Origin: Alkalispirochaeta sp.
Lineage (GTDB): Bacteria > Spirochaetota > Spirochaetia > DSM-27196 > Alkalispirochaetaceae
Assembly (NCBI GenBank): GCA_965601925.1
Contig: OZ271854.1
Location: forward strand, 960,001 to 1,024,000
Direction: 5' to 3'
DNA: 64,000 bases
Shown here: positions 1 through 9,414 of the stretch, one piece after another
Layout: every line of letters starts with the position of its first letter
Numbering within the stretch: position 1 is the first letter of the stretch
The notes under the pieces: generated by a model
Seen by the model: only the letters and a program-made list of their open reading frames with translations
The model's database searches: none
What the model was told of the DNA's origin: nothing
Translations under genes and position numbers: made by a program

Positions 1-379
1 GAATGACCGCCGACGTCGTATCGGAACTCCGAGCAAGATCGTTCCATATCCGGCGGCGCCCCGGGCACGCATCGAGCGCTGCGTCGGAGAACGCCACGAG
101 AACGAGTGTGGAGGCCCTGACGTCCTCGATGATGTGCGCCGTCCCGGCGGGGACGACCAAATAATCGCCCGGATCGAGAGGATGCGTAGCCCCGCCCATC
201 GAGAAGGCGTCGCCCGGGGAACCATCGGCACGCAACACCACGCGTCCCCTTAACACGAGAAAGACTTCGTGGAACGCGTGGGTCTGGGGTTCCATCCGAA
301 ATTCGCGATCGTGGCGACTCTCGACTGCACGAATCCCCGAGGACGGCAGCGTCAAACGACGCGGGCTTCGCGACGCCAT
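1..379 (-). CDS. AraC-family regulator, N-terminal cupin domain (partial, runs off window start)
   Basis: Manual translation MASRSPRRLTLPSSGIRAVESRHDREFRMEPQTHAFHEVFLVLRGRV...LDPGDYLVVPAGTAHII: cupin ligand-binding pattern; divergent from sugar catabolic operon; HTH not in window. Confidence 0.7.
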   Translation of the reverse strand, partial: MASRSPRRLTLPSSGIRAVESRHDREFRMEPQTHAFHEVFLVLRGRVVLRADGSPGDAFSMGGATHPLDPGDYLVVPAGTAHIIEDVRASTLVLVAFSDAALDACPGRRRIWNDLARSSDTTSAVI

Positions 380-493
380 GTTGATGAGTATAGCACTCTC
401 GCGAGCCGAAGGGCGAGCGCATTGCCCGATCTGCAAATCATGCGCCACTCGATTTACCAAGCGCGTTTCGAGATTGCGACGTATGATATCGGC

Positions 494-1363
494 ATGTCGA
501 CAGCGAACGGAACGCAACACGCAGCGCCTCACCGAACCGCTTCCGGCGGCGCGGTTCTTGTGACCGGCGCAAGTCGCGGTCTCGGACGCGGTATCGCTCT
601 GGAACTTGCAACGGCCGGACACAGTATCGCCATCAACTACCGACAAAACCGCGAGGCGGCGGAAAAGACGGCCGCCGCCTGTGCCGAGGCGGCATCGCAG
701 CGTCCCAATGCAGCCGGTCCGATGCCGCGTTTCGTGCCCGTTCGGGGCGATATCGCCGTTCGCGCCGAACGGGAACGGCTTATTGAGGAGACGATAGAAC
801 ACTTCGGCGCCATCGAGTCTCTGATCAATAACGCCGGCATCGCCCCGGACGTACGCGCTGATATCACCGAGGCGAGCGAGGAGTCGTTTGAGCGGATCGT
901 ACGAACCAACTTGCAGGGGCCGTACTTTCTTACCCAGGCGGTCGTGCGCCGCTGGCTTGTCGAGAAGGAAAGGGATGCCGATGCGACGGACGTTACCGTG
1001 TCGCCGCGGCACCACATCGTGTTCGTCACGTCGATAAGCGCCGCCACCGCAAGTATCAATCGCGGAGACTACTGCATATCCAAGGCCGGTCTGGCGATGG
1101 TATCGCAACTTTGGGCCACGCGGCTCGCCGGAGACGGGATCAACGTATACGAAGTGCGTCCCGGCGTCATGGAGACGGACATGACCGCCGGCGTAAAGGA
1201 GAAGTACGATGCACTCATCGCCGAAGGACTCGTCCCGCAAAAGAGATGGGGTCGCCCCGAGGACATCGGTCGAATCGTCCGAAGCATTCTGGCAGGCGAT
1301 TTGGCCTTTTCGTCGGGAGCGGTGATCTACTCCGACGGCGGATTCAACATATCGCGACTGTAG
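494..1363 (+). CDS. SDR oxidoreductase (3-ketoacyl-ACP reductase-like)
   Basis: TGASRGLG, NNAG, catalytic YCISK; start moved to ATG 494 within ORF 269..1363. Confidence 0.9.
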   Translation: MSTANGTQHAAPHRTASGGAVLVTGASRGLGRGIALELATAGHSIAINYRQNREAAEKTAAACAEAASQRPNAAGPMPRFVPVRGDIAVRAERERLIEETIEHFGAIESLINNAGIAPDVRADITEASEESFERIVRTNLQGPYFLTQAVVRRWLVEKERDADATDVTVSPRHHIVFVTSISAATASINRGDYCISKAGLAMVSQLWATRLAGDGINVYEVRPGVMETDMTAGVKEKYDALIAEGLVPQKRWGRPEDIGRIVRSILAGDLAFSSGAVIYSDGGFNISRL

Positions 1364-1381
1364 GTCCGAGGGGGAACACGC

Positions 1382-2896
1382 ATGATAGACATCAGTTCGG
1401 TACCGTCCGTAGACGATATTGCATCCCGTCTGCCGGCGGTGTGGGAGGCGGGGATCCGGGCGACACGACTCCTGCGCAACCATTGGGAGGAAGAACGCGG
1501 CGCGCCGGTCTACACGGAGGCGGGAGTGTACACGACCCGCGGCTGGACCGAGTGGACCCAAGGCTTTCAGTTCGGGAATGCGCTCTATTTGTATGAGGCG
1601 ACCGGAGAACGGGACATGTTGGAACACGGCCGGACCGGAACGATGCAGTACATGGCGCCGCACCTTACCCACATCGGGGTCCACGACCACGGGTTCAACA
1701 ACGTGAGCACATACGGCAACCTCCTGCGGCTCATGCACGACGGCGCAATCCCGTTCGACGAATGGGAGGCCCGATTCTATCGCCTGGCACTCAAGGTGAG
1801 TGGTGCCGTCCAAGCCACCCGTTGGACCGAGACCGCCGACGGCCTGGGGTTCGTACATAGCTTCAACGGTCCCCATTCCCTCTTCTCGGATACGATTCGT
1901 TCCATGCGCGCGGTCGCGCTCGCGTACCAACTCGGGCACACGTTGATGGGCGAACAGGACCGGCGGATCTCACTCCTCGAACGTCTTCTATCCCACGCCG
2001 AGGCGACCGCACGTTACAACGTCTACTACGGTACGGGCCGCGATCGTTACGACGTCCGTGGACGCACCGTACACGAGTCGATTTTCAACACCGCAAACGG
2101 TGTGTATCGCTCCGCGAGCACGCAACAAGGATACTCACCCTTCTCTACATGGACTCGCGGTTTGGCGTGGATCGCCGCCGGGTACGGCGAACAGCTCGAA
2201 TGGCTGCGAGAACTCCCGGAACGGGCGTTCGACGAGATATCCGACGCGGCGACGCTCTTCGGCACATCGATGAGCGAAAGGGAATCGAGCGACATCAGGC
2301 ACACAGTCGAGGCGCGATGGCTCACTACCGCGTGCGCAGTCGCCGATTTCTGGCTCGCTCACACGCCGACCGACGGCATCTCATACTGGGACACGGGAGC
2401 GCCTGGACTGGCCTACATGGCGGATCACTCCGAGCGGCCCGCCGACCCGTACAATAACTACGAGCCGGTAGACAGCTCCGCGGCGGCGATCACCGCTCAA
2501 GGTCTACTTCGCATAGGGCGGTATCTGGACGACGAGGCGGCGCGTCTGAGCGAGCGCGAACTCGACCTCGACGGCCGGGGGCCGCTGCGCCACGCCGAAG
2601 CGGCGATCCGCGAGCGGGGGCGCCGATATCGGGCCGCGGCGTTGGTTACGGCGTACACGCTCTTTGCCGAGCCGTATCTCAGCATCGCCGACGGCCACCA
2701 GGGAGTGCTTCTCCACGCGATCTACCACCACCCGAACGGCTGGGACTTCGTGCACGACCGACAGCGCATACCCAACGGCGAAAGCTGCATGTGGGGCGAC
2801 TATCACCTCCTCGAGTTGGCGACGATGATGCAACGCGAAGCGGCCGGGAAGCGACCTCTTCGTTTCTTTGACATCGGCCCCGAGGGCGTCTTGTGA
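1382..2896 (+). CDS. Glycoside hydrolase family 88-like (unsaturated glucuronyl hydrolase-like) protein
   Basis: WTEWTQGF, HDHGF, TQQGYS...WTRGLAW, DSSAAAI, WGDY motifs; SD GAGGGG. Confidence 0.75.
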   Translation: MIDISSVPSVDDIASRLPAVWEAGIRATRLLRNHWEEERGAPVYTEAGVYTTRGWTEWTQGFQFGNALYLYEATGERDMLEHGRTGTMQYMAPHLTHIGVHDHGFNNVSTYGNLLRLMHDGAIPFDEWEARFYRLALKVSGAVQATRWTETADGLGFVHSFNGPHSLFSDTIRSMRAVALAYQLGHTLMGEQDRRISLLERLLSHAEATARYNVYYGTGRDRYDVRGRTVHESIFNTANGVYRSASTQQGYSPFSTWTRGLAWIAAGYGEQLEWLRELPERAFDEISDAATLFGTSMSERESSDIRHTVEARWLTTACAVADFWLAHTPTDGISYWDTGAPGLAYMADHSERPADPYNNYEPVDSSAAAITAQGLLRIGRYLDDEAARLSERELDLDGRGPLRHAEAAIRERGRRYRAAALVTAYTLFAEPYLSIADGHQGVLLHAIYHHPNGWDFVHDRQRIPNGESCMWGDYHLLELATMMQREAAGKRPLRFFDIGPEGVL

Positions 2897-3783
2897 ACAC
2901 CGATCGTCCCGACGTCGATCGCGCGGAGGGCACGGCGCCGATTACCGATCTGAGGCGGTGTGCGGTGCACACGATCACGACAAAACCGTGGCCGATCGAG
3001 CAAGCGATCGATGAGTACGCACGCGTCGGTTTCGGCGGGATATCGATTTGGCGCGAGGCGCTGGAGGGACGCGCTCCGGCGGCAGTCCGACGTCGGATGC
3101 AAGAGGCGGGCCTGACGGGAGTGAGCCTGGTGCGGGGCGGCTTTTTTGCCCACGTCGATAAGGCTGAGCGCGCGAGGGCGCTGGCCGACAATCGGCGGTG
3201 CATCGAGGAGGCGCACGAACTTGGCCTGCCGTTGATCGTACTCGTCTGCGGCGCCGATCCGCACGTCGGTCTCGATCGGAGCCGTCGCATGATCGCCGAC
3301 TCCCTCGCCGAGCTTGCGTCGGACGCGCAATCCGCGGGCGTCGTCCTGGGGATCGAACCGTTGCACCCCATGTACGCCGACACACGGAGCGCGATCAACA
3401 CGCTGGCTCAGGCTACGCGGATCGCACGGGATGTGAACGGAGCCGTGCCGTCCGGTGACGGACGCCCGACGGTCGCCGACGTCGTCGATGTGTACCACTT
3501 GTGGTGGGACGAGCACCTGCCTCGGGATATCGCCGCGGCGGGTTCGGACGGCCTCCTGGCGGCGTTGCACGTGTGTGATTGGCGTGTCCCGACCGAGCAC
3601 ATGCTGTTGGACCGCGGCCTCATGGGAGAGGGGTGCATCGATATTCCGTCGATTCGAGGGGAGATGGAACGAGCGGGCTTCGACGGGTTGATCGAGGTCG
3701 AAATATTCTCCGAGCGGTACTGGGCGATGGACCAATCGGAGTGGCTGAGTATGGTCGCCGCGGCGTGTAAGAACGCGGTCTGA
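2893..3783 (+). CDS. Sugar phosphate isomerase/epimerase (AP endonuclease 2 TIM barrel)
   Basis: IEPLHP, DVYH, HVCDW, EVEIFS metal-binding motifs; GTGA overlap with upstream gene. Confidence 0.85.
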   Translation: MNTDRPDVDRAEGTAPITDLRRCAVHTITTKPWPIEQAIDEYARVGFGGISIWREALEGRAPAAVRRRMQEAGLTGVSLVRGGFFAHVDKAERARALADNRRCIEEAHELGLPLIVLVCGADPHVGLDRSRRMIADSLAELASDAQSAGVVLGIEPLHPMYADTRSAINTLAQATRIARDVNGAVPSGDGRPTVADVVDVYHLWWDEHLPRDIAAAGSDGLLAALHVCDWRVPTEHMLLDRGLMGEGCIDIPSIRGEMERAGFDGLIEVEIFSERYWAMDQSEWLSMVAAACKNAV

Positions 3784-3861
3784 ATGTCATCGATTCGCAC
3801 CGCAGCGCGAGCGAGGATACTCGAGCAAGCGCCGCGGCTATGCACTAAGTAGGGAGAGACG

Positions 3862-5016
3862 ATGCGAGAGATACGAGTAATCATGAACGGCGTGACCGGC
3901 AGGATGGGAACCAACCAACATCTGATTCGCAGTATTCTGGCGATTCGCGCTCAGGGAGGAGTCGCGTCGAAGAGCGGCGAGATGATCGTACCGGTACCGA
4001 TCCTCGTCGGACGCAACGAGGGCAAGCTGCAGCGGTTGGCGGAGCGTTTGGCGGGTGAGCACGGCGCGATCGAGTACACGACCGACTTGGACAGCGCACT
4101 CGCCGATGCCTCCAACGAGATCTACTTCGATTCGACGCTGACCCAGATTCGTTCCGAAGGACTCAGAAAAGCAATCGCCGCCGACAAAGCGATTTACTGC
4201 GAGAAACCGATCGCTACGGACACCGAAACGGCGCTGAATCTCGCACGACTCGCCCGGGAGGGCGGAGTCAAAAACGGTGTGGTGCAGGACAAGCTATGGC
4301 TCCCGGGCTTACGCAAGCTCAAATACCTCGTCGACACCGGATTCTTCGGTCGCATTCTCTCGGTGCGCGGCGAGTTCGGTTACTGGGTATTCGACGGCGT
4401 GCATCAGCCGACGCAACGCCCCAGCTGGAACTACCGAAAAGAAGACGGCGGCGGGATAATGGTCGATATGTTCTGCCATTGGCGCTACGTTATCGACAAC
4501 TTGTTCGGTACCATCAAATCGCTCGTCGCCCTCGGCGCCGTTCACGTGCCGCGCCGGATAGACGAGGCGGGCATCGCATACTCCTGCACCGCCGACGACG
4601 CGGCCTACGGTACCTTCGAGCTCGAAGACGGGACTATCTGCCAGTTCAACTCGAGCTGGGCAGCGCGGGTGCGTCGTGACGATTTGCTTACTCTGCAAGT
4701 TGACGGGACGGCCGGCAGCGCCGTGGCGGGATTACGCGACTGTGTGGTACAACACGACGCCGAGACGCCTATGCCGGTCTGGAATCCCGATATCCCCAGC
4801 CCGATCGATTTCTTCGACGGTTGGACTACAGTGCCCACGCGCACGCCCATGGACAACGCCTTCAAAGTACAATGGGAGCTCTTTCTCAAGCACGTCGTCG
4901 ACGACGAGTCGTTCCCGTGGGACCTCATGGAGGGCGCCAAAGGCGTGCAACTGGCGGAACTCGGGCTCAAGAGTTGGAAGGAGCGACGGTGGCTTGAGGT
5001 TCCGGGACTGGCATAG
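3862..5016 (+). CDS. Gfo/Idh/MocA family oxidoreductase
   Basis: NGVTGRMG Rossmann start, [16 protein letters not shown]. Confidence 0.9.
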   Translation: MREIRVIMNGVTGRMGTNQHLIRSILAIRAQGGVASKSGEMIVPVPILVGRNEGKLQRLAERLAGEHGAIEYTTDLDSALADASNEIYFDSTLTQIRSEGLRKAIAADKAIYCEKPIATDTETALNLARLAREGGVKNGVVQDKLWLPGLRKLKYLVDTGFFGRILSVRGEFGYWVFDGVHQPTQRPSWNYRKEDGGGIMVDMFCHWRYVIDNLFGTIKSLVALGAVHVPRRIDEAGIAYSCTADDAAYGTFELEDGTICQFNSSWAARVRRDDLLTLQVDGTAGSAVAGLRDCVVQHDAETPMPVWNPDIPSPIDFFDGWTTVPTRTPMDNAFKVQWELFLKHVVDDESFPWDLMEGAKGVQLAELGLKSWKERRWLEVPGLA

Positions 5017-5078
5017 GGCGGGCGCGACGCGGAGCGCTTCCGGACCGCGTCGATGCGCGCGCGCGGGGTACTTCTTCG

Positions 5079-5516
5079 TTACCGCGGTACGACAAAGAGC
5101 GCTGCGTCGTCGCCTCGCACCATGTGTGTATCGATCGACTCGTCCAACGTGGCAAACCGGAGTCCGTGGCGACCGGCGAGCCCCAGTAGGTACAGATCGG
5201 TGATGCCCTTCGACCCGACATCGCGGGTGAGTGAGAAAACCGACGCATCGCCTATCGAGAGATCATCCGGAACAAAGCGAACCGTCGGAAGAGCGCGAAT
5301 ACGGCGAAGGTCCGCCAGTGCCGCGGCGGGACTTCCCGGACCGTCGGGATAGGCGGAATGTCCGTATATCCTGATAAAGCCGTTCTCGACGATGGGACAC
5401 AAAAAAAGAGGCGCGTCACCTAACGTGCCCATCCACCGTTTTGTGCGCCCGAAGAACTCGTGACGAGCGTCGGATCGCGCGATGAGCACATTTACGTCGA
5501 GGAGAAATCCCGGCAC
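5079..5516 (-). CDS. vapC: PIN-domain toxin (VapC family)
   Basis: LLDVNVLIA, ENGFIR, TDLYLLGLA, ATLD acidic PIN motifs. Confidence 0.85.
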   Translation of the reverse strand: MPGFLLDVNVLIARSDARHEFFGRTKRWMGTLGDAPLFLCPIVENGFIRIYGHSAYPDGPGSPAAALADLRRIRALPTVRFVPDDLSIGDASVFSLTRDVGSKGITDLYLLGLAGRHGLRFATLDESIDTHMVRGDDAALFVVPR

Positions 5517-5768
5517 TTACACGCCTTCTTGTTCCCGCAGGCGATTTATGAGCGCATCGGTTATGATCGCAGTCGACCTCGGCCGGCGTACGGGCCATCC
5601 GTCGGCGTCATACTCTACAGCCGGCTCCGAGACCACACCGTCGCGAACCATTCCGAGCTCGCGCCTGAGCCCTTCGATGACCAGACTGCGAATAGTCGTA
5701 CCCGTCTCTGCGGCACGGATACGTACGCGGCGGTACAAATCGTCGGGAATATCGATGGTAGCCTTCAT
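5517..5768 (-). CDS. vapB: Antitoxin (VapB-like, ribbon-helix-helix)
   Basis: MKATIDIPDDLYRRVRIRAA RHH pattern; abuts PIN gene. Confidence 0.8.
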   Translation of the reverse strand: MKATIDIPDDLYRRVRIRAAETGTTIRSLVIEGLRRELGMVRDGVVSEPAVEYDADGWPVRRPRSTAIITDALINRLREQEGV

Positions 5769-5843
5769 GCTCCCATATTACTTGCTTTACAGGTATCTTG
5801 CAACATAGTATATTGCAAACTAGCACATATCGAGAGATGGTTG

Positions 5844-5974
5844 AGGCTCTTTCAAAATTGCATTTTGCAAGAGCCTCAATATCGGGTCGAAATCATAATT
5901 ACATACACGGTATATAATTATGATTTCTAAAGGTCCTGACATTTTCAAAAAACGTTGTTTTTTGAAAATGCCTG
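5844..5974. mobile_element. 131-bp triple-hairpin MITE-like element, copy 1
   Basis: 120/131 identical to 20020-20150; flanked by GGTTG direct repeat (5839-5843, 5975-5979); imperfect terminal IR GAGGCTCTTTCAAAA / TTTTGAAAATGCCTG. Confidence 0.85.
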
Positions 5975-6034
5975 GGTTGAGAAACACTCGTCCTACGCCA
6001 CACCGCACGACGAATTGCGCCCGGAGCACTAGCT

Positions 6035-6580
6035 ATGCATATACGACACAAGGAGTGCAGCATACGAAGCGCAACCGAACATGATGGCCCGTTGCTCTGC
6101 CGGTGGTGGAACGACGGCGCGGTGATGGAACACGCCGGATTTCCCGACGGGCTCGGTGTGGATGTCGACGCCGTCGTGCGGATCATCAAGAGGAACAACA
6201 CCGATACCCAACTGATGATCATCGAAATAGATGGGGTACCCGTCGGCGAACTGCACTACCGATCGCGTGACGGAGAGACTGCCGAGATCGGTATCAAAAT
6301 ATGCGACGTCGCGTACCAGGGACAGGGATACGGGCCTCGCTTCCTCAGGATGCTGATCTCATATCTCTTCGACGAGCGTGGGTACAATAAAATTGTGCTG
6401 GATACGAACGTGCAAAACGAACGGGCGCAACACGTGTACGAGAAACTCGGATTCAGAGAGACGGGTAGACGTATTGGTACGTGGAGGAACCAACGCGGTG
6501 AGTTACAATCGGTTGTCGATTATGAGTTGGTACGGCCGTCGACACCGAGCCCCGAACGCCCTACCCCAAAACCGGAGTGA
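6035..6580 (+). CDS. GNAT N-acetyltransferase (RimJ/RimL-like)
   Basis: YQGQGYG acetyl-CoA motif, NERAQHVYEKLGF. Confidence 0.85.
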   Translation: MHIRHKECSIRSATEHDGPLLCRWWNDGAVMEHAGFPDGLGVDVDAVVRIIKRNNTDTQLMIIEIDGVPVGELHYRSRDGETAEIGIKICDVAYQGQGYGPRFLRMLISYLFDERGYNKIVLDTNVQNERAQHVYEKLGFRETGRRIGTWRNQRGELQSVVDYELVRPSTPSPERPTPKPE

Positions 6581-6586
6581 TGCCGT
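6554..6586 (+). repeat. 33-bp direct repeat, left boundary of islet
   Basis: GAACGCCCTACCCCAAAACCGGAGTGATGCCGT identical to 13685-13717; includes GNAT stop codon. Confidence 0.9.
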
Positions 6587-6617
6587 GCCACCTATCGTCT
6601 ATCTTTGTACTTCGAAG

Positions 6618-6680
6618 CGCGGTCTGTCTATCCGTCACTGTGAGGTCGCCGAGAAAAAAGATCGCGGCGAACACAATCGC
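6618..6680 (-). pseudogene. Fragment of an EamA/DMT transporter homologue
   Basis: Translates AIVFAAIFFLGDLTVTDRQTA vs AIVFAVIFFAGDRDVTTRQIA at 14019-14081 (15/21 aa, 45/63 nt, ungapped). Confidence 0.7.
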
Positions 6681-6776
6681 GGCATCGCAGACCGTCATAG
6701 CGTATCCTACTATGAAGCCCGCCAAACCGCGATCGCCGGAGCCTCCATACCGAAATGCCCGTCATCGGTGGGTTCG

Positions 6777-8165
6777 CTATTCGGCGAGAGCCTCCACTCG
6801 ACTCTGAATCTCCCGAAGCGCCTCGTCAACGGAGATTTCACCATCGATGTAACGCCGAACCGTCTCGGCCACCACGCGGGTATCATAAATACGGGCGGTA
6901 AGGGCGCCATAGCCTTGCGAAAAACCCCACCGGCTACCGCTGTCGAGACCTTCTACCACGGCGGCAATAACGTCGGAGGGATAGAACTGGGACAACGTAG
7001 CCTGGCGATCCACACCGATCGGCAGCCGACTCCACCCCGCGACAAAGAGGTCACCGTCGGAAGGAGTGCCGCGGCGAACGGGAAACTTCCCTTCCGGCGC
7101 CATAGCCAGGAGGTCTAAATAGCGCTCATTCATAGAGTACTCCACAAAACGCTGGGCGGCTTCGGTATCCGCGTCGACGGTGATACCGTAGTACACCAGA
7201 GTGGCATAACCGCTTCCTTCGGGATTACTGGGTCCGGCAACGCGGGTAACAAAGCCGGTGTTGCGTGCAAGCTCGTCGCCCGTCGGGTCCTCCAGAGCAG
7301 TGACCGGAACGCTATCCCGCAAACCCGCAAGCTCGTCCATTATGAAGGGCGACCAGATAATCATCGCCGCTTGACCGGATAGATAGAGCTCACGTGACTG
7401 CTGCCAGTACAGATTCCCGGGAGGGCTAGCTTCTGCAATAGCCTTGTAGAACTCAAGCGTCTCTCTCATAGCAGAGCCGTCGAGAGTCACGTTTCCATCC
7501 GCGTCCACGACATCCACACCATTGGCCAGCGATAGGTGCTCCACCACTTCCATCAGGTAGGCGTGGCTGGGATCGGTCGCCGCTACAAAGCCGAACAGCT
7601 CCGGCGGATTGTGAAGCGCCTCTATCGCCGCCAAAATGCTCTCATAATCGGTGGGTGGAGCGAGACCGGCTTCCTGGAACAGATCCTTCCGATATACCAA
7701 AAGCTGGGTCCAACCGGAAACCGGTACGGCAGCATAGCCGGCGTCGACCGCAACAAGATCCAACGCGCCGCTGCTGAAGCTTTCTTCGCCCAGCCTTCCG
7801 ATAATCTCGGTAGCGGCGGAGGCGTCCAGAATGCCGGCCTCCGCCCAGGCTAAGGTATAGTGCAAGGCGTGATCGACAACGTCGGGAAGCTCGCCGGCGC
7901 TAAAGGCGGCCGCCAACCGTTCGCCCATTTGGCTCTCCTCCACGGGGACTATCTCGACGGTGATACCGCTATCCTCCTCGAAACTCGTAGCAATTTCTTC
8001 CAAAACTGTCATCCGTTCCGGTTGTACCTCCGCACTCCAAAGTGTGATAGTCCGCGTCTCGCGTATCTGCGGCTCCGCCCCTTCCGGCTGCCCCGTGGCG
8101 AACGCTTCAGCTGCAATCGTCGCAAGAAGAACTATAAAAACCGCCAACATTCGCACGTTTTTCAT
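6777..8165 (-). CDS. Carbohydrate ABC transporter substrate-binding protein (family 1), no adjacent permeases
   Basis: Signal peptide MKNVRMLAVF...AFATGQPE, AGELPDV, LVYRKDLF; SD AGGAGG. Confidence 0.85.
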   Translation of the reverse strand: MKNVRMLAVFIVLLATIAAEAFATGQPEGAEPQIRETRTITLWSAEVQPERMTVLEEIATSFEEDSGITVEIVPVEESQMGERLAAAFSAGELPDVVDHALHYTLAWAEAGILDASAATEIIGRLGEESFSSGALDLVAVDAGYAAVPVSGWTQLLVYRKDLFQEAGLAPPTDYESILAAIEALHNPPELFGFVAATDPSHAYLMEVVEHLSLANGVDVVDADGNVTLDGSAMRETLEFYKAIAEASPPGNLYWQQSRELYLSGQAAMIIWSPFIMDELAGLRDSVPVTALEDPTGDELARNTGFVTRVAGPSNPEGSGYATLVYYGITVDADTEAAQRFVEYSMNERYLDLLAMAPEGKFPVRRGTPSDGDLFVAGWSRLPIGVDRQATLSQFYPSDVIAAVVEGLDSGSRWGFSQGYGALTARIYDTRVVAETVRRYIDGEISVDEALREIQSRVEALAE

Positions 8166-8233
8166 ATGGAATCCTCCTATCTGACATTCAACTCCCCTAC
8201 GAGGAGCTCCATTTCTCCCTACATCGCCCATCG

Positions 8234-9292
8234 CTATCTACCACCCTTGTTCTCGAGGGGCAGGGAAATCACTTCATGGTTCCGGGCGGATCGAAGCGCC
8301 GCTATACAGATCTCCAAAGCACGGTACCCCTCCCCGGGCGGTACGGGGTTCCGTGCGGTGCCCAGCACAGCAGCTATGAAGGCGGAGACTATTTCGTAAG
8401 GCAAAACACCAGGCTCCCGTCTACTGGTCGACGGCGGCTTTACGACGGTGCGAGTTCCCCGTGCGTCGTAGTAGATGAGCGGCGGCTCTTCATCCCTGTC
8501 GGAGCACAACGTTCCCCCCTCGCCGATAACCGTGAGCTGATCCAGTCTTCTCCCACGGCTGCTCCAGCCCACTTCGAGCGTTACCAGCGTGCCGCCGGAC
8601 ATCGTAAGTACAGCGACGGCATTCGTCGCTCCCGCAGTGTGACCATTCGAGTCGTCGAAAGCGGCTATCGATATCGCCTCTTGTAACGTGAGAAAACGAA
8701 CAAGATCCGCCTTGTGGACCATGAGGTCACCAACGACTCCGAGGACTCCGAGCCTGCTGTCTCGAAACCAGTTATTACCGGGACTCCACCGCTCGGGTCC
8801 ACCGTGGGCAAAGGTGGCTCGAATATGGTGGATGTTCCCCAATGCTCCGGTTTGCAGCAACTTCTGTATTTCAACGTTATGCGGCAGAAAGCGCTGGTTC
8901 TGCGCCACCGTCAGGACTACACCATATCGATTCGCAGCATCGATCATCCTTCGCGCCTCGGAAAGCGTCACGGCTATCGGCTTTTCCACCAGGACGTGAA
9001 CGCCACGTTTCATCGCTTCAATCGCCATCGGTGCGTGAAGAGCGTTCGGAGTACAGATGCTCACAGCCTCAACTCTTCCCTCTTCGAGAAACTGCTGATA
9101 GTCGTCGTAGATGCTTACGCCCGGCAGCCTGTCGGCAAGGTCACTCATGGATTCAAGACGCCGATTGTAGAGAGAGGTAAGCTGCGCTTTCGAGGAGTTG
9201 AGATAGCCGGGGATGTGAAGACTCCGTGCAATTTTGCCGCATCCTACTACCCCAACGCGTAGCGGCTTAGAAAGTGTCGTGCGATCGGCCAT
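8234..9292 (-). CDS. Gfo/Idh/MocA family oxidoreductase
   Basis: GVVGCGKIA, VLVEKP, GDLMVHKAD. Confidence 0.9.
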   Translation of the reverse strand: MADRTTLSKPLRVGVVGCGKIARSLHIPGYLNSSKAQLTSLYNRRLESMSDLADRLPGVSIYDDYQQFLEEGRVEAVSICTPNALHAPMAIEAMKRGVHVLVEKPIAVTLSEARRMIDAANRYGVVLTVAQNQRFLPHNVEIQKLLQTGALGNIHHIRATFAHGGPERWSPGNNWFRDSRLGVLGVVGDLMVHKADLVRFLTLQEAISIAAFDDSNGHTAGATNAVAVLTMSGGTLVTLEVGWSSRGRRLDQLTVIGEGGTLCSDRDEEPPLIYYDARGTRTVVKPPSTSRREPGVLPYEIVSAFIAAVLGTARNPVPPGEGYRALEICIAALRSARNHEVISLPLENKGGR

Positions 9293-9357
9293 CTGATTGA
9301 CTCCGCCGTATAACGATCATCGGAGTGTCATTTTGTTTCGCCGATTGGAGCCTGAGA

Positions 9358-9388
9358 AGATCCAATTGCCGATCGATTGATAGATCCA
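9358..9388 (-). promoter_or_regulatory. Putative MocR operator: TGGATCT-N17-TGGATCT
   Basis: AGATCCA at 9358-9364 and 9382-9388; same motif and spacing at 10958-10988. Confidence 0.65.
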
Positions 9389-9414
9389 CTTAACAATGCT
9401 AAAAGGCGAGGAGT

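Noticed and set aside
5843..5977. CRISPR array or tRNA interpretation of the hairpin cluster
   Set aside because: The three hairpins differ in sequence, there is no repeat-spacer periodicity, no cas genes and no cloverleaf.
6378..7118. ORFs 6378..7118 and 13638..14438 share the peptide NALPQNRSDAV
   Set aside because: Only a translation of the 33-bp DNA repeat in non-coding frames; not real paralogous proteins.
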